34,397 nt of DNA from a virus (lineage: Duplodnaviria > Heunggongvirae > Uroviricota > Caudoviricetes). Made by a program: the position numbers and the translations under genes. Location of the stretch: IMG/VR virus record IMGVR_UViG_2541047966_000009, one strand, 5' to 3'. Positions within the stretch are counted from its first letter, which is position 1. Every line of letters starts with the position of its first letter. Below are positions 19,337 through 26,014 of the stretch, piece after piece. The notes below the pieces were generated by a model. It was given only the letters and a program-made list of their open reading frames with translations. It was not told the DNA's origin and ran no database searches.

Positions 19337-19647
19337 TATTCACTCCAGTACTTTTCCGGGCGGGCAATACCCGGACCACATTCCACGGTGTATTCCACCA
19401 GGTCTACGCCGAGGCGGGTCAGGTCAGCAAACCAGTCGCCAGAAGGTTTTTTCTCCAGCTCAACCATTTTACGGTCAGCCAGATAATCCAGTTCGCGGCG
19501 CAGTTCCAGCGGTGTGGTGTCCGGGTAGATGGCACGGGACACATCCAGCAGCAGCGTCTCGCTGGCGGTGTAAGGGCGGGTCTTGTTCAGGGCAACCAGC
19601 AGACTCCAGCGCAGGGATTCGCGGCGTACCCGGGTAATATCGACCAT
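19336..19647 (-). CDS. hypothetical protein
   Basis: 103-aa ORF in operon register between lysis and packaging genes. Confidence 0.45.
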   Translation of the reverse strand: MVDITRVRRESLRWSLLVALNKTRPYTASETLLLDVSRAIYPDTTPLELRRELDYLADRKMVELEKKPSGDWFADLTRLGVDLVEYTVECGPGIARPEKYWSE

Positions 19648-19973
19648 TATTGACCTCCGGTATTGCGGTACTGCTGTACCACTTCCAGTTTGTTATAAAG
19701 CGCGTCCAGTTTGGCCTCAATGACTGTCTGGCCACGGATATAATCCTCTCGACGGACATAATTCAGCGGTAAATCCGCTTTAAATCGCATAAATTCTTTT
19801 TCCAGCTCGCCCCAGTTGGAGGCGGATTGTTGCAGGGCCTGTTCAAGGGAGGCGAATCGTGCCGCCTGGCGTTCTTCTGTTTTACTGAACAACCATTTGG
19901 CGAGCCCTCCCACAAACCCCATGAAGGTGAGCAGAAAACTCACCACCGTCCAGAATTCAACCTGCAGTGTCAT
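19647..19973 (-). CDS. small membrane protein (one N-terminal TM helix), lysis-cassette associated
   Basis: 108-aa ORF; hydrophobic FWTVVSFLLTFMGFVGGLAKWLF then coiled-coil-like region; directly after spanin genes. Confidence 0.5.
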   Translation of the reverse strand: MTLQVEFWTVVSFLLTFMGFVGGLAKWLFSKTEERQAARFASLEQALQQSASNWGELEKEFMRFKADLPLNYVRREDYIRGQTVIEAKLDALYNKLEVVQQYRNTGGQ

Positions 19974-20620
19974 TTCTGTAATCCTTCCCGTTCATCCAGT
20001 AACGCGTTTATCTGGTTCCGCCAGCGACGACATTGTCCTGCGTTGTCGATGATGTTGGCGAGAACGTCACGCTGGGAGACACCCGAATCGCGTAACCGGG
20101 TGTCAGTGGTTTCAGGTTGCCCGGTCGCTGTGCCAGAGCGGGTGCCAGCGGCGGCAACTGAGTCTGAATGACCGGTGTCGACGGATGCATTGTCATATCC
20201 GAGTGCGGCGTTGTACTGGCGCACGAAACCGCGAGTAAACACGCACTCAATGGGATGGCTCTTACCTTTTTCATCAATCCAGCGCTGTGTGACATCGTTA
20301 ATTTGCCCCTGTAGTTGTTTATTCCGGCTCTCCAGTTGAGCAATCTGCTCAAGATAACCGGCTTCAGCCCGCTGCCCGGCGGCCACCTGCTCCTGATACC
20401 GTCTGGCCCAGGCCCGCAGCGCAGCATTCTCAAGCGTTGCCTGCTCCGTTTTGTACGCGTCAAATGCTGACTGCAACTGACTGAGCGCGGTATCACCGTC
20501 ACGCTTTGCAGAGTCATGACCACTTCTGTATCCCATGGCATACAGGCCGACCAGAAAGGCATTGATAAGAATGGCCAGCAGAATGCCGCGCCACGGCAGC
20601 TTTTTAACCAGATGCCACAC
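19970..20620 (-). CDS. i-spanin (Rz-like inner-membrane spanin)
   Basis: N-terminal TM helix (WRGILLAILINAFLVGLYAMGY) then long coiled-coil-like periplasmic domain; start set at GTG preceded by GGGAGG; ORF-track start at 20722 lies deep inside the endolysin gene; start uncertain. Confidence 0.6.
   Translation of the reverse strand: MWHLVKKLPWRGILLAILINAFLVGLYAMGYRSGHDSAKRDGDTALSQLQSAFDAYKTEQATLENAALRAWARRYQEQVAAGQRAEAGYLEQIAQLESRNKQLQGQINDVTQRWIDEKGKSHPIECVFTRGFVRQYNAALGYDNASVDTGHSDSVAAAGTRSGTATGQPETTDTRLRDSGVSQRDVLANIIDNAGQCRRWRNQINALLDEREGLQK
20008..20274 (-). CDS. o-spanin (Rz1-like outer-membrane lipoprotein), embedded in +1 frame within i-spanin gene
   Basis: Internal ATG of the alternative-frame ORF gives MKKVRAIPLSAC...: short signal peptide with lipobox L-S-A-C, then proline-rich mature region (TPHSDMTMHPSTPVIQTQLPPLAPALAQRPGNLKPLTP); wholly inside i-spanin. 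Confidence 0.6.
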   Translation of the reverse strand: MKKVRAIPLSACLLAVSCASTTPHSDMTMHPSTPVIQTQLPPLAPALAQRPGNLKPLTPGYAIRVSPSVTFSPTSSTTQDNVVAGGTR

Positions 20621-21338
20621 AACTGCTGCCTCCCCATGTGAGATATCGCGGTGCCAGTTCGCGCAGGATGCGCTGCGGATAATGGCGGTTCTCCCGCCAG
20701 CTGGCCGCATTGCGTCCGGCATTCACCGTGGCGACATGTCCGAACCAGCGGGTGCTGTCCAGACCTTTCTGTGATGCAAGCCGCCTGTCCCGTTGTACCC
20801 AGCCCAGACCACCGTTATAGCCCGACAGTGTCATGGCCATACGCTCGCAGTCGTTGGCGGCGCTTACGCGCTGCCACAGCCAGCGGTCATAGCTGACCAG
20901 CGCCCGGATAGCCCATGCAGGATTAAACGGCTCACGACTGCTCAGCATCGGTATCAACTGGCTTATCCAGTCGGCAGTGGCAGGCATGAACTGCGCCAGT
21001 CCCTGAGCGCCAGCCGGCGAGACCGCATCAGGTCGCCAGCCGCTTTCCTGATGCAGTTGCGCGGCGAAATCGGCCACCGGCGCAGACAGTCCCCATTCAA
21101 GCCGGGCATTACGGATCACATCATCGCGATACTGCAGCGCAGCCTGCGGAGGCTGCGCTGCGCGGGCCTGACTGAAGAAGCCGCCACACCAGAGCAGCCA
21201 GACAATCACCAGGTTGCCAGCAAGCTGCCACCAGAAGCTGTATTTATCGTTACGTGGTTCTCCGTGCCTGATGGCGGTTACGCCCAGACCAAAGGCGAAC
21301 AGAATAATGAGGGTGATTTGAGGCCAGTTCATGGTCAC
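20604..21338 (-). CDS. endolysin: lytic transglycosylase (SLT domain) with N-terminal membrane/SAR-like segments
   Basis: SLT catalytic region ...AAQLHQESGWRPDAVSPAGAQGLAQFMPATA...; N-terminus has two hydrophobic stretches; sits between holin-like and spanin genes. Confidence 0.75.
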   Translation of the reverse strand: MTMNWPQITLIILFAFGLGVTAIRHGEPRNDKYSFWWQLAGNLVIVWLLWCGGFFSQARAAQPPQAALQYRDDVIRNARLEWGLSAPVADFAAQLHQESGWRPDAVSPAGAQGLAQFMPATADWISQLIPMLSSREPFNPAWAIRALVSYDRWLWQRVSAANDCERMAMTLSGYNGGLGWVQRDRRLASQKGLDSTRWFGHVATVNAGRNAASWRENRHYPQRILRELAPRYLTWGGSSCVASG

Positions 21339-21685
21339 AGTCCTGTTGCCACAGCCAGACAGACCGCTGCAACAATCAGTGCACGGCGGATTAACGCAGC
21401 AGAAAATACAAGGTGAAGGCCGGTCTGCACAGGGAAACGCCCTTCAGCCATCAGTCTGTCGTCATGTTTCAGGTACTGACCGGGACGGGCTTTGGGGAAG
21501 AGCGAACGGTCAAGCCAGTAACCCAGCACTGCTGCCAGCGTGATGAGTGCCAGCTTGTAGATCACAACAGGCAACTGCTGTGGCGAGACCAGAGCGATGG
21601 TGCCCAGCAGCAGCACTGAGGTCAGCAGCCAGCCGCTGAGGCGAGGTTTTTTAACAGGGGGAATGAATTTTTTCAGGTTTTTCAT
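21335..21685 (-). CDS. putative holin/pinholin (3 predicted TM segments)
   Basis: Start at ATG (MKNLKKF...) preceded by strong SD GAGGAG; three hydrophobic segments; first gene of lysis cassette, overlapping endolysin start. Confidence 0.5.
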   Translation of the reverse strand: MKNLKKFIPPVKKPRLSGWLLTSVLLLGTIALVSPQQLPVVIYKLALITLAAVLGYWLDRSLFPKARPGQYLKHDDRLMAEGRFPVQTGLHLVFSAALIRRALIVAAVCLAVATGL

Positions 21686-21932
21686 GTGTGTCTCCTCGTT
21701 TGGTGGAGACAGCATCACAAATGTGGCGGGATACGGATTTTAAACAGCGTTAATAGTGAAGATGTAAACGTGCACTGCATGATGGCTTTGAAAGAACGAC
21801 CAGCCCGGTACCCGAACACCGGGCTGGCCATCGCCCCACAGGAATGCGCTGTGAGCCGACCAAGGTTCAGTCAGTCTCGCGAGACCAGACTAGCCTGCCA
21901 TATTTTTTATAATTGTAAAAGGCTTACAGATT
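21686..21932. promoter_or_regulatory. divergent intergenic region: candidate late-operon promoter (leftward) and dam promoter (rightward)
   Basis: 247-bp non-coding gap between divergent holin and methyltransferase genes; contains perfect 10-bp inverted repeat CCAGCCCGGT-n8-ACCGGGCTGG at ~21800-21827 and AT-rich TTTTTTATAATTGTAAAAGG before dam. Confidence 0.4.
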
Positions 21933-22703
21933 ATGAAAATGCAGACATTACCCATCGTTCCATGGATTGGTGGCAAACGCCGCCTTGCAAAACACATCCT
22001 GCCGCTGTTTCCGGCGCATGAATGTTATGTGGAGCCGTTTTGTGGGGCAGCAGCGCTCTATTTTCTTAAGGTACCCGGCAAGATCGAAGTCATTAATGAT
22101 ATCAACGGTGAGCTGGTGAACCTGTATCGGGTGGTAAAACATCATCTGGAAGAATTTGTACGCCAGTTCAAATGGGCGCTGGTCAGCCGGCAGATCTACA
22201 AATGGCTGCAGATCACCCCGGAAGAAACACTGACGGATATCCAGCGTGCAGCACGGTTCTACTACCTTCAGAAGCAGGCGTTTGGGGGCAAGGTGGCGGA
22301 GCACAGCTTTGGTACCTCCACCATATCCCCGCCACGCTTCAACCTGCTGCGTATTGAAGAAGAACTGTCAGCGGCACACCTGCGGCTTTCCAGAACGGTC
22401 ATAGAACACATGGACTGGCAACAGTGCATAGAACGATATGATCGCCCGCATACGTTGTTCTACTGTGACCCTCCATACTGGGGAACGGAAGGTTATGGTG
22501 TGGAGTTCGGACTAGAAAATTATGATCATATGGCAGATTTAGCACGCAGGATCAAAGGGAAGATGATTATATCGGTGAACGATATCCCGGAAATGCGGCA
22601 GGCATTCAACGGTCTAAATATTCAGTCGGTTGATATCAGCTACAACCTCAAGATCACTGGCAAATCCAGTCGCAAGAAGGAACTCATTATCCTCAACTTT
22701 TGA
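21933..22703 (+). CDS. DNA N6-adenine methyltransferase, Dam-like, apparently orphan
   Basis: 256-aa ORF; SAM-binding motif EPFCGAAALYF near N-terminus and catalytic DPPY (FYCDPPYWGTEGYG) near C-terminus; no adjacent restriction endonuclease candidate. Confidence 0.8.
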   Translation: MKMQTLPIVPWIGGKRRLAKHILPLFPAHECYVEPFCGAAALYFLKVPGKIEVINDINGELVNLYRVVKHHLEEFVRQFKWALVSRQIYKWLQITPEETLTDIQRAARFYYLQKQAFGGKVAEHSFGTSTISPPRFNLLRIEEELSAAHLRLSRTVIEHMDWQQCIERYDRPHTLFYCDPPYWGTEGYGVEFGLENYDHMADLARRIKGKMIISVNDIPEMRQAFNGLNIQSVDISYNLKITGKSSRKKELIILNF

Positions 22704-23898
22704 CCGAATAGTAAGACTTCATGCAGTGAATCAAGTACTGCATGAAGTCAAGGGCTGGTTTTGTGTACCAAAAATAAACAGTGATAGCGGTAATAATTCC
22801 CATAACTAGAACACCACGTATAATCCAGAACGTACGTTTCTGCGTGTCTAGTCGCGCAGAAATACTGCTAAATACACCAGCCACGTCATCTTTAATGAAG
22901 GAATATTCCTTATTAATCTGTTTTTCTTTGTATTCAATTTCTTCGCCTAAGGCCTTTATAGATTGCATCTGGTTCGAAAGTGCCAGCCAGATTAACGTTG
23001 CAGCAAAAATGCATCCCAGAAGAATTATTGTGTTTGTTATCCCTTGGCCTGACCATTTCGTAGCCACTTTGAATTGGGTAGCTACGATAACAGAGGCAAC
23101 AGGAATGCCAAGTATATGGTTCTGGATATCTGAAAACGCTTTGTGGATTTTACCCATTTCTTCGACTTTTGCAGCACGCAGTTGATCCATTACTTTGTCA
23201 TAAGAGAATCCAGAAGAGTAGATACGATACCCTTTCAGAAACTTTTCATGCAGACGCTGAATATTGTCCAGTAAATAAGCGAATACTAGAGGTGAATCAA
23301 TTCCATCACTAACTGCTTGAATACTTTCAATCAGAATATCTAGCTTCTGATCCTTATGGGTATCATCATTGAAACAAGCTATAAGGTTATCAAGATACTC
23401 CCTTTGCAAATTTTGTACATTTTCTGCAGCGAAGTGCGGTAATAGCTTGATAACTTCTTTTTTCAGAAAAACTAACTGACAAGTTGAGTTATCAAAGTAG
23501 GCCGCGGCCTCTTTTAGCAGGTTAACGAACTCGAGAATCTTCCGGTAGTTGCTGATGAAAACGGGGATATCTTCATCATCATTACGAAATTTTGTTTCTA
23601 GGATGAAGTAATTAGCTGGCTCAAGGCACTGATGCTTTGGAGCATTTAGCAATTTTTCATGGGTGGAAAACACAAGTCCCAGTCCACTCCGTGGTGACGT
23701 CACACGTAGGATGATCGTGTTACCTGGAGCGATAGTGCCTGTATCAATAGAAAGACCATATTCACGAGGATCATCAAGCAAAGTATCAACCAGATCACAA
23801 TCGGACTGATCTAAGAGCAACAGCGAACCGACACGAAACCCCTCTTGGAATTCCATACGACGATACAGAGCTGTCAGCATCTCAAATGAAATCGCCAC
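22693..23898 (-). CDS. membrane protein of unknown function (large N-terminal soluble domain, two C-terminal TM helices); candidate effector
   Basis: 401-aa ORF, AT-rich; GTG start 2 nt after NdpA-like stop (coupled), internal ATG 18 nt later; hydrophobic ITNTIILLGCIFAATLIWLAL and TFWIIRGVLVMGIITAITVYFWY near C-terminus; no recognisable catalytic motif. Confidence 0.6.
   Translation of the reverse strand: MAISFEMLTALYRRMEFQEGFRVGSLLLLDQSDCDLVDTLLDDPREYGLSIDTGTIAPGNTIILRVTSPRSGLGLVFSTHEKLLNAPKHQCLEPANYFILETKFRNDDEDIPVFISNYRKILEFVNLLKEAAAYFDNSTCQLVFLKKEVIKLLPHFAAENVQNLQREYLDNLIACFNDDTHKDQKLDILIESIQAVSDGIDSPLVFAYLLDNIQRLHEKFLKGYRIYSSGFSYDKVMDQLRAAKVEEMGKIHKAFSDIQNHILGIPVASVIVATQFKVATKWSGQGITNTIILLGCIFAATLIWLALSNQMQSIKALGEEIEYKEKQINKEYSFIKDDVAGVFSSISARLDTQKRTFWIIRGVLVMGIITAITVYFWYTKPALDFMQYLIHCMKSYYSVKS
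22715..22749. other. perfect 13-bp inverted repeat (hairpin) at the convergent dam / membrane-protein gene ends
   Basis: GACTTCATGCAGT-gaatcaagt-ACTGCATGAAGTC, starting ~12 nt after the dam stop and overlapping the last codons of the minus-strand 401-aa gene; no adjacent U-tract. Confidence 0.4.
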
Positions 23899-23900
23899 GA

Positions 23901-24908
23901 TTAAACCTCAGTCATCCACATTTCCCTAAATTCTTCAGGTACATTACGTAGGGTGATAATATTTGTTTCCGGATCATAATCAATATAGCCTTCAGTTTTC
24001 CCTTCCCGGTCAAACTTAAGTTCCCAATATTTAGACTTGCCTTTAAAAGATACCAGAGCCCGAATGACTCGACCATCAGGAACGAAGCCATCCGATAACT
24101 CCAACTCTTCAGCAGCAAGTTTACCAGATAACTCCTCGGGAGCCTGGGGCCAAATGGCATTAACAAGGGTTTCAAGACTAAGTGGTTCACCAGCCTTACT
24201 TAGTGCATGTAAGTGTTCAAACGCATTCTTAAGAAATGCATCTTTTTCAGCGCCGTCAAGTCCTTTCTCTGCCGCAAATGCTTTTAAAACGTCACGTAAC
24301 TTTTCAGACTCTCGTTTGGCGATTAAGACATCATTACAGCCTAGGAACTGTTTAAAATAGTTTGAAACATTACCTTGCCCCTTAAGAAAACTGATATAGC
24401 GCTCTGCGCCACTTTCCCACGCGGTTAAGTCAATGCGCCCAGCCATACGCAGCTTAGCAATATCAAGATAGGTACTATCTTGGATGTTAAAATCATCTGT
24501 GACAGTGGACCCAATGGTAGCGCTTACAATAGCTATCAACAGGTGTTCATTGTGTCCTATCACGATATTTGCAAAAAGAACATAACCACCAGTAGCCATG
24601 TTTTCTCGCTGAGAACGTTCCGTCAGGTGATGCATCATTCGGCAGGAACTTTGGTAGAAATCATCAACACCTTCGAGAAAGTCCCCAGCCATTCGTTCCA
24701 TAGGATAGTTATCCGTATCGCCTTCAAAATAGCCATAACCTTTACCTGTGCGTCCTGCATATTTTGCACAAATATCGTTTATAAGGCGCTGAGAGGCTTC
24801 AGTAACTAGACCTTCTTCAGGACTCAATCTCTCAGAAGCGTCTCCATTTTGTTGTTTGTCTAAAATGTGAACTACAACGTGTTTAACTTCAATGGTCTGC
24901 TCAGACAT
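23901..24908 (-). CDS. divergent NdpA/YejK-family nucleoid-associated protein homologue
   Basis: 335-aa ORF (same length as E. coli YejK); recalled family similarity in ...GGYVLFANIV..., ...STYLDIAKLRMAGRIDLTAWESGAERYISFLKGQGNVSNYFKQFLG... and C-terminal ...YDPETNIITLRNVPEEFRE; SD AAGGTGG 8 nt upstream; AT-rich. Confidence 0.6.
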   Translation of the reverse strand: MSEQTIEVKHVVVHILDKQQNGDASERLSPEEGLVTEASQRLINDICAKYAGRTGKGYGYFEGDTDNYPMERMAGDFLEGVDDFYQSSCRMMHHLTERSQRENMATGGYVLFANIVIGHNEHLLIAIVSATIGSTVTDDFNIQDSTYLDIAKLRMAGRIDLTAWESGAERYISFLKGQGNVSNYFKQFLGCNDVLIAKRESEKLRDVLKAFAAEKGLDGAEKDAFLKNAFEHLHALSKAGEPLSLETLVNAIWPQAPEELSGKLAAEELELSDGFVPDGRVIRALVSFKGKSKYWELKFDREGKTEGYIDYDPETNIITLRNVPEEFREMWMTEV

Positions 24909-24978
24909 TGGCTATCCACCTTATTTTTTATTGCTTAATGGCAAATAATTTCTGCTATATGTTCTCGTTAGGAACACA

Positions 24979-25386
24979 TTAACCCACATTTTTTAACCGC
25001 TCAATCGTTGCGGATAATTCCTTCAGTTGTTTTTCCATCTCAATCACACGCTGTTTTTCTTCAGCGCCTCGCATGAGATCTCGCCGAACCTCAGGATCTA
25101 ACTGGTTTAGAAGTTCAAGCATTTTAAGGTCTGACGGGCTGAATTGATGTTGTGTTGGTACAGCAACAATTTCTTTAGATGGAATATGTTCTTTACCGGT
25201 AAGTAGCCAATCGATCGATACACCCAAATGGGCACTTAGCGCAACAAGAGCCTCTGCGTTTGGTTCTCTCTCTCCACGCAAATAGTTTTGAAGTGAGCGA
25301 TATGGAATTTTTGATAAGTCAGATAATGCCTTTATTGTCATGCCATTAGCATCCATCACTTCACGCAATCTCTCTTTTGTACTCAT
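24979..25386 (-). CDS. prophage repressor, XRE-family HTH
   Basis: Start at ATG MSTKERLREVMDANGMTIKALSDLSKIPYRSLQNYLRGEREPNAEALVALSAHLGVSIDWLL (HTH at N-terminus), coiled-coil C-terminus; divergent from Ner-like gene; ORF-track TTG start at 25482 unlikely. Confidence 0.7.
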   Translation of the reverse strand: MSTKERLREVMDANGMTIKALSDLSKIPYRSLQNYLRGEREPNAEALVALSAHLGVSIDWLLTGKEHIPSKEIVAVPTQHQFSPSDLKMLELLNQLDPEVRRDLMRGAEEKQRVIEMEKQLKELSATIERLKNVG

Positions 25387-25402
25387 TTGAACATATCTCA
25401 AT

Positions 25403-25430
25403 TTGACACACTCATTTGGGTGTGTACAAT
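25403..25430 (+). promoter_or_regulatory. candidate sigma70 early promoter with overlapping operator-like inverted repeat
   Basis: TTGACA-16 nt-TACAAT about 40 nt upstream of the Ner-like start; inverted repeat ACACAC-n8-GTGTGT (~25406-25425) overlaps spacer and -10. Confidence 0.5.
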
Positions 25431-25468
25431 AGACCCAATAGAGTACATCATAACCTAACAGGAACACG

Positions 25469-25699
25469 GTGCATATGAACAAACAACAAGTTCGGGCACG
25501 GCTGGTTGAACGAGGCAGTAGCTTGCGCCAGTTCGCGCTTAACGCGGGCTATGAACCACGAACAGTCACCCAGGCAGTCAGTCGCTGGGCTGGTAAAAGT
25601 GAACTACCTCGCGGTCGTTTGACTTATCGGATTTTGCGAGATCTATCGGTTGCAATAGGTAAAGAAGTTACCCCCGGTATCCTTAAGGAGGCGTCATGA
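25469..25699 (+). CDS. ner: Ner-like DNA-binding regulator (Mu Ner/Nlp family)
   Basis: 76-aa ORF; ...RARLVERGSSLRQFALNAGYEPRTVTQAVSRWAG... resembles Ner-family HTH; first gene of rightward early operon; GTG start with AGGA 6 nt upstream (ATG 2 codons later). Confidence 0.65.
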   Translation: MHMNKQQVRARLVERGSSLRQFALNAGYEPRTVTQAVSRWAGKSELPRGRLTYRILRDLSVAIGKEVTPGILKEAS

Positions 25700-26004
25700 A
25701 TAAACCAAATACATCAAGCTCAGGTACCCGTATTTTGCGCGTTCTTAAGGCCTTACGTGGCCACGCTTTGAACGGTGTTTCTAACGGGGAACTAGCGGTT
25801 GCACTGCACGAATCACCGGCAAACATCAACCGGGCACTTAACACGCTCATTGAAGAAGGGTTGGCTCTGAAACTAGAAAACGGGCGTTTCGCACCAGGCA
25901 TCCAGTTGCTGCAGATCGCCATGGCCCACAGTAACGAGATGGCACGTGCACAGGATCGCATTAACGAAATCAACCAACGTGTTATTTCAGGTAGTCGTTT
26001 GTAA
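25696..26004 (+). CDS. small winged-helix transcriptional regulator (IclR-type N-terminal HTH-like)
   Basis: 102-aa ORF overlapping Ner-like stop (ATGA); RILRVLKALRGHALNGVSNGELAVALHESPANINRALNTLIEEGLA pattern. Confidence 0.5.
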   Translation: MNKPNTSSSGTRILRVLKALRGHALNGVSNGELAVALHESPANINRALNTLIEEGLALKLENGRFAPGIQLLQIAMAHSNEMARAQDRINEINQRVISGSRL

Positions 26005-26014
26005 GGAGTAATCA

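Noticed and set aside
1-21718. Interpretation as a P2-family (non-transposable) prophage because of the P2-like tail genes
   Set aside because: The head module is Mu-like (F, G, I/scaffold-protease, T order), and the element encodes a DDE transposase, an AAA+ transposition ATPase, Gam, and Ner- and Mor-like regulators, so a transposable Mu/BcepMu-type phage is the better fit.
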